Below, piece by piece: positions 38,653 through 48,230 of a DNA stretch of 64,000 nucleotides. The stretch is from contig JYNZ01000003.1 of assembly GCA_001567355.1 (NCBI GenBank), forward strand, positions 179,991-243,990, given 5' to 3'. A program made the position numbers and the translations under genes. The DNA is from a candidate division WS6 bacterium OLB20 (GTDB lineage: Bacteria; Patescibacteriota; Dojkabacteria; B142; OLB20). Positions within the stretch are counted from its first letter, which is position 1. Each line of letters opens with the position of its first letter. The notes beneath the pieces were generated by a model. The model had not been told where the DNA came from, made no database searches, and saw only the letters and a list, made by a program, of their open reading frames with translations.

Positions 38653-41600
38653 AGACAAACCGCGCAAATCTGCTGTTCCTGATCTTCGGCATACTAGTTG
38701 CTGTCACGTTTGTAACGGCCAAATCAAATAATGCAGACGCACTCTCAATGGGTGTCGGCTGCTGGACACGCTGGAAGCAGCAGTACAGCATGGGATGGCA
38801 CTGCGACGGTTCCGCATCTGTTCGCAACAGGCCCTATGATGTATGGGTCTGGCACTGTCAGCAGGCAAATCTGAGCTGGTGTGATGCCAACAACGGCGGA
38901 GTGCTTATCACGAAACAGTCGTTCGGTGGGCCTGTGCCGGTTGAATTCACTTCTTCCGCAAGTGGTTACGGAAACTGCGGAAGCGTTCAGATGGACATCG
39001 GTCTTCCCGGTGCTTCTGACCACGGTGTAGCTGGAGGCGCAATTTACTCCAACGGCACAAGCTGCTCAAGTCCGCCACAACCGACAACACCTCCAAGTCA
39101 GTGCGGTAACTGGAACGATACACAGTTCTGGACCGGCTGCTGGGGCGAACCATACCCCGGCTGCGGGGGTCTTGGTGGATGGATCAGCGGTAACGACGTG
39201 ACCAGCCGCAACCCGAGCAGACCGTTTCCGCTTGATATCAACTGCTTTACCAACCTGGGATCTGCATGGACATCTGCGACTGTATCACTTGTTTACAATG
39301 GAAGCACAATCGGAAATTACAACACCTGGGCACCGCGAAACATCAATATCAGCTCACCGGGAACATACGAGGCGTTGTGCCGGGACCGTGTAGCACCAAA
39401 CTGTTACGACATTGACCGCTTCACCGTGCAGTGCGTCAATACCTGCGGCAGTGCCAGAGACCCCAATGCACCCACACTCAGCTCGCCGTCGAACGGTGCA
39501 ACACTGACAAACAGGAATGTGACGCTGACATGGTCTCACAGCGGATTTGGACGCTGCGGCGGCAACAGCTGCTCGGGCGGTTGTAACAGTACAAATCCGA
39601 CGAGCCTGAGTGTAACCCTTAACGGTCCTGGTGGAGGTACGGTCGTACTGCCCGGCGGCTCAACATCATATACATTTACAAATCTGACAGGCAAAAACTA
39701 TACCTGGTATGTTACGGCCCGCAACGGCTGCAATCTGACTGAACAGTCTGTTGTCAGATCGTTTGTCATCAACTCACCACCGACATTTAACGGATCAGTC
39801 ACAAGCAACCAGATATGTACAGCGGGTGGAGTAACCACAGGCGGATCAGCGCAATGGAGCGGCATCCACGCCAACTCAGTCATCGGAAACGGGACCAGCG
39901 GCATCAACAATCCTCTGACTGTGCGTGTGACCTACGATGATCCGGATGGAAGAGCTGATCTGAACCGTCTGGAGGTCTGGCTTGGCGATAATAACAGCCC
40001 GGCGCCGGGTGCAACAGCTGTCTCGACTTCGGCAAGCGCGTCCCTTGCATATGGCGGAGGATCAAATCATACACTCTATGCAGCAGGAGGAAGCAGTCGA
40101 TCAATAGACAGTAACAACTCCGGAAACCAGGCAGTACTCACATCAGGATCAAATACACAATCAATTGTTGCTGTTTCAGGTTCAACAACCGGCACAGCAT
40201 ATGCGCTGCCCAGGATTGTCTCAACCACAGCAACTTCAGTTGTTGTTGACTGGCAGCTTGGTCTGTTTAACTCTTCAGCGTTTGACGGTGACGTCCGGAT
40301 CTATGCACGCGCAGTTGACCAGTCCGGTGTAGCAGCAGGGTGGAGTATTATTGACACCTGGAGGGTCGACCTTCGCTATCCCAACCCCGTTGCCAACCTT
40401 ACTCTGCGTAACCAGACAGCATTTGATGTTACGTACTCTGCTAATGACGCCACCAGTCCGGTACTTTCATATTCCAAGACCTGTACCTCGAGTCTTGCAG
40501 CCAGCGAGTCGATCACACTCAACCAGGTCGCGCCTGGCGCATCACCAAACAGCCGGACGTTTACCGGCAACCAGAATCAGAATCCGTGTTTTGATAATCT
40601 TGCAGGCACGACCTACTACACTGTCAATAACACACCCCGGGATGGAACGCTGCGGTTTAACTGGACAGCCAAGGACTCCGCCTGTAACACCGCACCCTCG
40701 ACCTCAGCCGATCTTCGCCTGAAACCGCCATGGATGATGACTGTCGACGGTGATACATTTACCAGTCAGGGTATCAGGCAGACATCAATCAATGACATTA
40801 ACACCATTAACAACCCGAACCTGCCGGACCAGCACAACCGTGTACCGTATCTATCCGACTACAACTTCATGCTTGAGACGGGCTCGCTGCCTGCCAAGGA
40901 TACCGAGCGAGACCTTGCCGTTGACGATTACGATGACCTCAACGGAAAGCCAAGGGCCGAGTTCGGTTTTCCGGACTGGTTCAGTTTTGTCGATGCCCGG
41001 ATTCTCCGCAATCTGCCGGCAAATCAGATCGCAACAGTTAACGGTCCGCAGACATTCAGCGATGTAACATCACAGCAGGTGGCACAGGCACTCGGCATGA
41101 CGGGTGTAGAGATCAACGGATTTGCGGGCACAGGTGATGCGAAAGTAAATGTCATCAAAGTGATCGGCAATCTGACCTTAAACAGGGTCAGCTGCAACAC
41201 AAAGACTATCTTTCTGGTAACGGGCAACCTAACAATCAACCCCGAATCGCGAATATCAGACGACCCGCGCAACGATGTAATCAACGGGTGCATGTATGTT
41301 GTGGCAGGCAGGACAACGGTACTGCCCGGACAGAATGCCGATGTTCTTGGAGCTGCAACCGAGCGGGCGAGGGTGCTTGGCACCAGCGCTCAGGTTCTGG
41401 CTGCATCATTTGAGACTGCAGCCACAACTGCTGCCAGAAACAACAACGGGCAGTGTGTCGTCGGTATCCTGACAAACCATGCGGATGTCTATAATTCAAA
41501 TTATGATACCGGTTATGGCGTCGGCCGGGCAGAGATTCAGGCCCTGGTGCCGCAAGGCTATGTTGACCAGGTGAAACTGCTAACACAGATCTCACCGGCA

Positions 41601-42998
41601 ACCGAGTACAACAACATCGATCTGCTGTTTGTTAATGAGGCAAACCTGACCAACCTTCCTCAGGGTGGAGACCCGAATAATGCGCTTTCCTATCAGTGCG
41701 GCGTAGCCGGATATGTCCGTGCTGAAAACCCCAACCTCTATCCGGGCATGATCAATGCTGTATACGCTAACTGGTTGAATGGTATGAATATCATCATGTC
41801 AGCGGACAACGGAATCTCATCACAACGACTTGGCAGCACCAGCACATGTTTTGATTTTGCCAACTCCCTGACCGGTCCTCTGAATAATGCCATAATGAGC
41901 AATCACAGCAATGCGTTTAATTTCCTTTCTGTCGGGGATGCAAGCACAAACAGGCTGGTTGCCGGACAATACGACCCGACCGACAACGGAGGAGTGGACA
42001 CGAGAGTAATCTCAAGTGGTCCGGCTATGCTGAGCGGCGCATTTCAGGATTACAGAGGTGGCAGGGATACTCCAGGAAATATAGTCCATAACGGTGCAGG
42101 CGGAATAAACGCTCAGTGTCTCTCGACGGTGGTGCTTCAGGACAGGGTGGACTGGCCGACGATAAACCGCTTTAACGCATGTACGCTCGCATACGTTCCT
42201 CCCACCTCAACCCGCGGGTACTATGTCATCGATTCTAATGCAGCAACTGCAGTAAGATCCAAATGGGGCAGCATGCTGACCGAGATACCCGACTGCAATC
42301 CACCCACCCCGACACCCACTGCGGTGACAACCCCGGTAACGACTCCTCCAGCAAATGCGCCCACACTTAACAGCGTCAGCGCAACCTGCACCGGTACTGG
42401 TAACAACTACAACATCAGTGCTTCATGGACCGGAGGAGGGACGGGCACATTCTGGTTTGATATTGATGATCAGAATCCACACGCAGTCACCTGGTTTAAC
42501 CATGATAACGGTAACAACCGGAGCATGAACGTCAATCAGAACAACTTCCAGCAGTATACGGAGGCCGGTAATTCCAGAAACAGTGGAGTCCGTCTGGCTC
42601 TGACTCCAGGTGCAACCTACTACGCTAAGGTTTATGATGCACAGCGTGCTGTTGCTTCAAACTACAGGAGCTTTACGGCCCCGGTATGCTCAACACCTAC
42701 CCCGACACCGCCGCCGATTGATACCAACGCTGATTACGATACGCTGGATGGCTTTATCCTGACAAATTCGTTTGAAAGCCCGTTTGATTCACAGTATGAT
42801 GGACTAAGGATCGTCGGTGCAGTCATTGCAATGGAGAACAACAACTTCAACCGGGATTTCGGAGTTGTTCTCAACCAGCTGACACCATCAGAGATCATTT
42901 ATTACGACGGGGGACGCTATATGTACCTGTTTGGCAGAATACTGTCAATGCCCAACAGTTTTAATATCGTCGAGAAACCTTTTATTGATTCGTTCTAA
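38649..42998 (+). CDS. giant Cys-rich secreted protein, paralog B (1449 aa)
   Basis: Signal peptide. Cys-rich N-terminal region. An FN3-like block (PSNGATLTNRNVTLTWSH...YTWYVTARNGC). Pro/Thr linkers (PPTPTPT, TPTPTPPP). C-terminal module ending NIVEKPFIDSF. Roughly 450 aa are collinear with paralog A. Confidence 0.6.
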   Translation: MKTNRANLLFLIFGILVAVTFVTAKSNNADALSMGVGCWTRWKQQYSMGWHCDGSASVRNRPYDVWVWHCQQANLSWCDANNGGVLITKQSFGGPVPVEFTSSASGYGNCGSVQMDIGLPGASDHGVAGGAIYSNGTSCSSPPQPTTPPSQCGNWNDTQFWTGCWGEPYPGCGGLGGWISGNDVTSRNPSRPFPLDINCFTNLGSAWTSATVSLVYNGSTIGNYNTWAPRNINISSPGTYEALCRDRVAPNCYDIDRFTVQCVNTCGSARDPNAPTLSSPSNGATLTNRNVTLTWSHSGFGRCGGNSCSGGCNSTNPTSLSVTLNGPGGGTVVLPGGSTSYTFTNLTGKNYTWYVTARNGCNLTEQSVVRSFVINSPPTFNGSVTSNQICTAGGVTTGGSAQWSGIHANSVIGNGTSGINNPLTVRVTYDDPDGRADLNRLEVWLGDNNSPAPGATAVSTSASASLAYGGGSNHTLYAAGGSSRSIDSNNSGNQAVLTSGSNTQSIVAVSGSTTGTAYALPRIVSTTATSVVVDWQLGLFNSSAFDGDVRIYARAVDQSGVAAGWSIIDTWRVDLRYPNPVANLTLRNQTAFDVTYSANDATSPVLSYSKTCTSSLAASESITLNQVAPGASPNSRTFTGNQNQNPCFDNLAGTTYYTVNNTPRDGTLRFNWTAKDSACNTAPSTSADLRLKPPWMMTVDGDTFTSQGIRQTSINDINTINNPNLPDQHNRVPYLSDYNFMLETGSLPAKDTERDLAVDDYDDLNGKPRAEFGFPDWFSFVDARILRNLPANQIATVNGPQTFSDVTSQQVAQALGMTGVEINGFAGTGDAKVNVIKVIGNLTLNRVSCNTKTIFLVTGNLTINPESRISDDPRNDVINGCMYVVAGRTTVLPGQNADVLGAATERARVLGTSAQVLAASFETAATTAARNNNGQCVVGILTNHADVYNSNYDTGYGVGRAEIQALVPQGYVDQVKLLTQISPATEYNNIDLLFVNEANLTNLPQGGDPNNALSYQCGVAGYVRAENPNLYPGMINAVYANWLNGMNIIMSADNGISSQRLGSTSTCFDFANSLTGPLNNAIMSNHSNAFNFLSVGDASTNRLVAGQYDPTDNGGVDTRVISSGPAMLSGAFQDYRGGRDTPGNIVHNGAGGINAQCLSTVVLQDRVDWPTINRFNACTLAYVPPTSTRGYYVIDSNAATAVRSKWGSMLTEIPDCNPPTPTPTAVTTPVTTPPANAPTLNSVSATCTGTGNNYNISASWTGGGTGTFWFDIDDQNPHAVTWFNHDNGNNRSMNVNQNNFQQYTEAGNSRNSGVRLALTPGATYYAKVYDAQRAVASNYRSFTAPVCSTPTPTPPPIDTNADYDTLDGFILTNSFESPFDSQYDGLRIVGAVIAMENNNFNRDFGVVLNQLTPSEIIYYDGGRYMYLFGRILSMPNSFNIVEKPFIDSF

Positions 42999-43003
42999 CT
43001 GCC

Positions 43004-43936
43004 ATGATAAATAAGCGCTATCCGGGTCAGATTCTTGTTATCGTTCTGCTTGTGCTGTCTATCCTGGGTATCTTTGTAGTCTCAATCGCCACCAGTACAC
43101 AACGGGACGTTGAAGAACGTGTCCGCAACGAAAAGTATGAACAGTACTATTCTCTGACAGAACGCAGGCTTTTGCAGCTGATCCAGGAGACAAATCTTGA
43201 TTCTACTCTCACGGGACTTGAAAATGATCTGACAAACTGTACACGTGTGGGCAACACGGGACGATACAACTGCACATACACAGATGTCTCGGAGACCGAC
43301 TCACTTGACCAGGTAAGCATAGATGTGACACTTGAAGACACCAACGAAGTCCGCCAGCTTCAGCTGCAGAAGGATCAGACATTTATGATGAACCTGCAGA
43401 ATGGCGGCAGCGGATACCGTGGTGTAATTCAGATGCAGTGGACAGGGCCCCAGGTTGCATGGGTAGTATCAATGGACTACCGTGACCTTAATGACGGCAG
43501 GTACAAGGTGATCAAGGGTGTCTATGACGGCAACCCGACCGGCTCACGTGTCTACGAGCAGGCGATTCCCAACAATAATACATTCACCTTTGAACCGCTT
43601 GTACTGAGCGGTGTCACACAGCCAGCTGCAAATGCCATGCAGTTTAATATCTCCAGCGTCGATCTGACCGGCAGCAACTGGAGACCGCTGTACCTGCGTG
43701 TTAAGCCGATTATCGCCAGCGGCGAGCTGCTGACCGAGCTTACCGTTACAGGCGGAACAGGTTTTCCCAACCAGGTGCGCACGTATCTTGGTGAAGGGAT
43801 CTCAGCAGAAGAAAGCAACACCGGAGATGACTCACCAACGGCCATTCTTGAGGTTCAGCTGCCGTTGCACCCGGCCCCGGCTGAGTTCTTTGACTACGTT
43901 CTGAGAAGCGAGAACGACGTCGTTAAACCCCGCTAG
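43004..43936 (+). CDS. membrane-anchored extracytoplasmic protein (last gene of operon)
   Basis: N-terminal hydrophobic helix QILVIVLLVLSILGIFVVSIA without a G-F-x-x-x-E prepilin motif. 310 aa. Confidence 0.45.
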   Translation: MINKRYPGQILVIVLLVLSILGIFVVSIATSTQRDVEERVRNEKYEQYYSLTERRLLQLIQETNLDSTLTGLENDLTNCTRVGNTGRYNCTYTDVSETDSLDQVSIDVTLEDTNEVRQLQLQKDQTFMMNLQNGGSGYRGVIQMQWTGPQVAWVVSMDYRDLNDGRYKVIKGVYDGNPTGSRVYEQAIPNNNTFTFEPLVLSGVTQPAANAMQFNISSVDLTGSNWRPLYLRVKPIIASGELLTELTVTGGTGFPNQVRTYLGEGISAEESNTGDDSPTAILEVQLPLHPAPAEFFDYVLRSENDVVKPR

Positions 43937-44038
43937 AGCGTCAAAATTTGATTACCACGGCTGCCCGTTTGCGGACATTAAGCCTTTATGCCAAAAGCAC
44001 ACAGATTCTGTTTATCGACTACTGATGATGAATAACAC

Positions 44039-45721
44039 TCAGCGTGTGCAGGGACATGGTGCGTACAGTCTGCTTGCCATTGAAGTGGAGCAGCTGTTAC
44101 GTCCGTCGGTCTGCTGATAAATGATGTAGCGGTTCTGACTTGCATAATAGGTCATCAGTGGTCCGCCACCGTAGAACCCCTGACAGGTGTACTGTGACCC
44201 TGGCGCGAGGAAGCGGGACATGATATCGCAGTTACCGTACGCCGCCATTTCCTGATATCCCTGAGGATAGCATTGTCCGCCTGCCATTGCACATATCTGA
44301 TTACAGCTTGCGTCACCTGCATCACCGTTAAGCAGCACCAGACTGCCTGATGTTGTCAGATTGGGGCAGGGACTTTGCGAGCATCCGGCTGCGTACTGAC
44401 CGACATTCTGTGGAAATGTGAAGTTTGTCGGCAACTGTCCGGTCCCGGATACGCCGCAGGTAACATTCAGAGTATCTGTGCAGTTGCCGGTTCCGTTTGT
44501 ATTTGTCGCTTTACCGACCACCGTATATGTCCCTGGCGTTGACATGGTGAAGGCAGCACCACCGGCACCGGAGGATCCAGTCAGAGTCACGTTCTGACCG
44601 TTCGGGTTTGTGACGGTTATGGCAACGTCTGTTGCCCGGGTCCCCGGGAACGTAACTGGCTGAGAGGGGGGGGCATTGTGTGTAGCATAAATTTCCACAA
44701 AGGTTCCCTGACAGCTGCTGTGCTGTGCATCCTGAGGTGACCAGAACTCGGTAAATTGTGACTTCTGTAGCAGAGTTGTGAAGTTAAACGGGCACTGTGA
44801 CTGAGGATCATTCGCACAGGTAACAGAGACAGTATCCTGACAGGCAGAACCTGCGTATCCAGGGACGTTCCCTGAAAAATTATATGTCCCTGGTGTATCA
44901 AGTTGCACAGTAGTTACTGACATCTGTTGTGTCGCCTGCTGACCTGGCATTTGAACATAAAACGTGACGTCGTTTGCCTGTGCACTGCCATGCTGCGCTG
45001 CAATACGGACTGTTCTGCCGCAAGGTATTTGACCGTTAATTGCACTGATTGCACCGGTAGTTGTGTCTGTCCAGTAGAGCGTAGTGCCGGTATGAGGACA
45101 GCTCACCTGAGTCGGAGCGGCAGCTGTAGGAACTGCGGTCGGTGTGGCACCGACAAAAAAGTCACCAAGAGTAAAATTTCTGGTTGAGACTGCAATCTGA
45201 CGAACCTGGTTGGATATCTCGAAGTTGGGGTTTGTTGCTGACGCCCGCAGAGTCATCAGGATAGTGGATTTTGTCCCGTCTTCTCCGGTAGAAAGGTTAA
45301 TGTCAAAACTGAAGTCCTCAATAGTGATAAGATCCGAGGTCTCAAACAGGAGCTGATTGCCGGGTACAGAGATTTTGCAGATACGGTTGATTGCAGCAGT
45401 GTCACCGGGACAGTTGTCGGTCCAGGTAAACTCTTCGGCATGAGAGATTGTACAGCGGCTGACTGTTTCGCTCCCGTCACGAAACTCGCCGCATTCCTTG
45501 ACTATGCGGGCATTCCTGATATCGCGCTGTACAAGTGTTGTCAGTTCCGCCAGCTCTTCACGAACCTGTGTCCTGACATAGACTTTGCGGCTGACCTCAA
45601 GGTTGATAAGAATCACCTGACTGATCATGGCAATCATAATGCCGAAGATGGCAAGCGTGATCAGCGTCTCAACCAGTGAGAATCCCTGCAACCGTTTTGT
45701 CGGCAGTTTCTTCATCATCAT
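44039..45721 (-). CDS. modular minor pilin: type IV prepilin N-terminus fused to a ~500-aa Cys-rich domain
   Basis: KRLQGFSLVETLITLAIFGIMIAMI is a class III signal (G|FSLVE, Glu at +5). Large Thr/Gly/Cys-rich C-terminal domain. Overlaps the next pseudopilin gene by 4 nt. Confidence 0.6.
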   Translation of the reverse strand: MMMKKLPTKRLQGFSLVETLITLAIFGIMIAMISQVILINLEVSRKVYVRTQVREELAELTTLVQRDIRNARIVKECGEFRDGSETVSRCTISHAEEFTWTDNCPGDTAAINRICKISVPGNQLLFETSDLITIEDFSFDINLSTGEDGTKSTILMTLRASATNPNFEISNQVRQIAVSTRNFTLGDFFVGATPTAVPTAAAPTQVSCPHTGTTLYWTDTTTGAISAINGQIPCGRTVRIAAQHGSAQANDVTFYVQMPGQQATQQMSVTTVQLDTPGTYNFSGNVPGYAGSACQDTVSVTCANDPQSQCPFNFTTLLQKSQFTEFWSPQDAQHSSCQGTFVEIYATHNAPPSQPVTFPGTRATDVAITVTNPNGQNVTLTGSSGAGGAAFTMSTPGTYTVVGKATNTNGTGNCTDTLNVTCGVSGTGQLPTNFTFPQNVGQYAAGCSQSPCPNLTTSGSLVLLNGDAGDASCNQICAMAGGQCYPQGYQEMAAYGNCDIMSRFLAPGSQYTCQGFYGGGPLMTYYASQNRYIIYQQTDGRNSCSTSMASRLYAPCPCTR

Positions 45722-46254
45722 GTTGATCCTCCTGAAGTGTTGCGAAATCCAAGCAGCTCAGTGCGCTGCATGCCGTTTCTGGATGAGAAGAAGACGACAA
45801 TGGATCGCAGTTCAAATACACCGGGATCGGTCTGATTGACAAGGATCTGATTGCACATAATAAAGTTTGGCAGCTCAGACAGCCGCACCCTGAACTCGGA
45901 GTTTGAATCGCAGGTGGTGATCGGCGTCCTGCTGGTTGTCTGAACAATCTGCAGCTGACATCCGGTTGAACCGGTACAGTTTGACGGATTGACCTCACCG
46001 GTTACCCGGAATGCAAAATCACGCTGACCTGTTGGAAGATTGGTTAACAGCGGAACGACAGCAGGGGATTTCATGTACTCCATCGAGCCGATCATGACAG
46101 AATTTGCGGTATCAGCCAGCTCGTTGTCCTGAACAGTTCTCAGAGAGCTGATCGCAATGGCCACTGTTGCAATCATCGCTGTTCCAAAGATCGCTATCGC
46201 AATGATGATCTCTACAAGTCCGAATGCCTTTTTTGTTACTGCGCGTTTTGTCAT
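45718..46254 (-). CDS. pseudopilin / minor pilin
   Basis: KKAFGLVEIIIAIAIFGTAMIA is prepilin-like (Phe+1 ... Glu+5). Confidence 0.5.
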   Translation of the reverse strand: MTKRAVTKKAFGLVEIIIAIAIFGTAMIATVAIAISSLRTVQDNELADTANSVMIGSMEYMKSPAVVPLLTNLPTGQRDFAFRVTGEVNPSNCTGSTGCQLQIVQTTSRTPITTCDSNSEFRVRLSELPNFIMCNQILVNQTDPGVFELRSIVVFFSSRNGMQRTELLGFRNTSGGST

Positions 46255-46820
46255 TTTGGTGTATACGTGTTGCGCACCGAATTAATCTCGATCGGTCGTA
46301 CCGCTCCAGTCAGCTTATGCCTTACACTGAAGAGGCATGTTACCTCAGAGTAGCTGATCCGGTTACCGGTTGTTGCCTGTGTGCTGGCCTTCATGTCACC
46401 GGTGAGACTCTCAAACAGTACATCATAGCAGCCTCCGCCTGAGAGTACATACTCGATGTCACCGTAGATACTTGACTTGAGCTGCTCTGCTGTTGATGGT
46501 TCACAGGTCCATGAGGTATCGGTTGCTCCGATAGTCCGGTAGCAGAGACTTCTGGTCAGCTGGTTGTTTCTGAAACTGAGATTATAAGCATACACACGTG
46601 TCTGCGTGTTGGTGGTATTCAGGACGATATCCTTTGGAAGCGTATTGCTTTTGGCAAGGTTTCGGGTCTCTTTGATCACGCTCAGCACCTCATTTACCGA
46701 CTGGCTGAATGTAACGGTGCGCTGAAATGACACGAAACCGAAGATTGCGAGGGTTGCAGTCAGTCCGATGATTGCCATGACGATCAGGAGTTCAAAAAGA
46801 CTGAATGCGGGTAGCTTCAC
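46251..46820 (-). CDS. pseudopilin / minor pilin
   Basis: LPAFSLFELLIVMAIIGLTATLAIFGF is a prepilin-type N-terminus. Confidence 0.5.
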   Translation of the reverse strand: MKLPAFSLFELLIVMAIIGLTATLAIFGFVSFQRTVTFSQSVNEVLSVIKETRNLAKSNTLPKDIVLNTTNTQTRVYAYNLSFRNNQLTRSLCYRTIGATDTSWTCEPSTAEQLKSSIYGDIEYVLSGGGCYDVLFESLTGDMKASTQATTGNRISYSEVTCLFSVRHKLTGAVRPIEINSVRNTYTPK

Positions 46821-46876
46821 AGTGTGGACAGTAACTAATTATTCAAATAGTAGGTTGAACGGATACTCCTGTCAAA

Positions 46877-47671
46877 TCAGAAAATAACAGGAATCACTAT
46901 CTGCCCGGCTATGAGCCAGAGCAAAGATCCGGCAGCAAGCACCGTGGCGTAAGGGACCTGGACACGAGGATCTCTTTTTCGTATGAGCAGCACAATGCCT
47001 GCTACTGATCCCGCCAGAGAGCCGAAAAGAACGGCCCAGAACATTCCTGCAAAACCAAGATACGCAGCAGTTGCAGCGGTCAGTACGACGTCCCTGACCG
47101 TAAGCCCGCTGCGGGGTATAAACCGGATGAGCCCGATCAGTAGTGCGAACAGTCCTGAACCGGCTATTGATGAGATCAGATCAGACGCAGTACGAAATCC
47201 ACTCAGGTATTCTGCAGAGACAATCAGCAGAGTCAGCAGAGAAAAAATAACCACTTCCTTTTTGGGCAGTGACATGTACTGATAATCATAGGATGCAAAA
47301 AATATCATCCCTGTCACAAACACTAATGCTCCGGCAAGGGGAAGTACAAACAGCTGCTGCGCGGGATTGTAGAACAGGACAAAAACAAACAGCACAATTA
47401 CAGCTGCTGCCAATTCAATAGCAGGATAGAGGAGAGGAAGACGTTCACCACTGGTTTTGCTTCTGCCGCCGGAAAGAATATAGGAAAACACCGGTATCAG
47501 ATCTGTGCCGGTAAGCACCTCTCCCGTACCGTCTGCAAAAGACCTGCCGCCCAGCGGCATGTTTCTGTAGACACGGTATGTCAGCATATTAACAAAACTG
47601 CCCAGCGCCGCGCCGAGGATCAGCCCCAGAACGTAAGTTATCCCGAACAGCAGCAGTGTTGCTCCTTCCAT
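46877..47671 (-). CDS. pilD: prepilin peptidase (A24 family) PilD
   Basis: Polytopic. FVNMLTYRVY..IPVFSYIL..G.....ERLPLLYPAIELAAA matches the A24 peptidase core. The Cys-box zinc motif appears absent. Confidence 0.6.
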   Translation of the reverse strand: MEGATLLLFGITYVLGLILGAALGSFVNMLTYRVYRNMPLGGRSFADGTGEVLTGTDLIPVFSYILSGGRSKTSGERLPLLYPAIELAAAVIVLFVFVLFYNPAQQLFVLPLAGALVFVTGMIFFASYDYQYMSLPKKEVVIFSLLTLLIVSAEYLSGFRTASDLISSIAGSGLFALLIGLIRFIPRSGLTVRDVVLTAATAAYLGFAGMFWAVLFGSLAGSVAGIVLLIRKRDPRVQVPYATVLAAGSLLWLIAGQIVIPVIF

Positions 47672-48144
47672 CAGATCGAACAGGGTGTTGTAGAAGTACC
47701 GGCCTGAAAATCGTCTCCTGATTCAAGTCTGACCGCGAGTGAATACCCGTCTGTCCGGGAAGCAAAGCAGTATGCGCTTGTATTCGTGGACGTCGTACCG
47801 ACGACCTGAACTCCGTTGGCACCTCCTGGTCCTGCATCATCAGTCTTTGCCGCACCATCAAGCGGAACCAGCACACATTTGTTTTGTGCTGTGCAACTGG
47901 TGACGGGATAATTTGCTGCAATCTCAACATTTTCACCGGCAAACCGGATTCTTGAAGGAAACCTGCCGTCAAGTGTCAGAAAATCGGCGATCCCGGCGTT
48001 AATATCCTGCAGCGCAGCCTTGCGGGCAGTGTCACGGGCGTTTCGCTGAGCAGCGGCAATACCGAACAGCGATAAACCGATCAGAAGACCGATTATCGCC
48101 ATGGCAACAAGCAGCTCGACAAGGGTAAATCCGTGTTTACGCAT
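47671..48144 (-). CDS. type IV major pilin (PilA-like), copy 2
   Basis: MRKHGFTLVELLVAMAIIGLLIGLSLFGIAAAQRNARDTARKAAL is a canonical class III signal and alpha1 helix. C-terminal Cys pair. Confidence 0.75.
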   Translation of the reverse strand: MRKHGFTLVELLVAMAIIGLLIGLSLFGIAAAQRNARDTARKAALQDINAGIADFLTLDGRFPSRIRFAGENVEIAANYPVTSCTAQNKCVLVPLDGAAKTDDAGPGGANGVQVVGTTSTNTSAYCFASRTDGYSLAVRLESGDDFQAGTSTTPCSI

Positions 48145-48181
48145 TGTAATGTATCAAATCCGTTATCAGATTAAACAAATA

Positions 48182-48204
48182 CTGCCGGGTAATCAACCCG
48201 GCAG
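48182..48204 (-). terminator. intrinsic terminator between the tandem pilin genes
   Basis: CTGCCGGG-taatcaa-CCCGGCAG forms an 8-bp stem. On the minus strand it is followed by TATTTGTTT. Confidence 0.5.
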
Positions 48205-48230
48205 TCTTGTGTCTATCAAATCCCGAAAGC

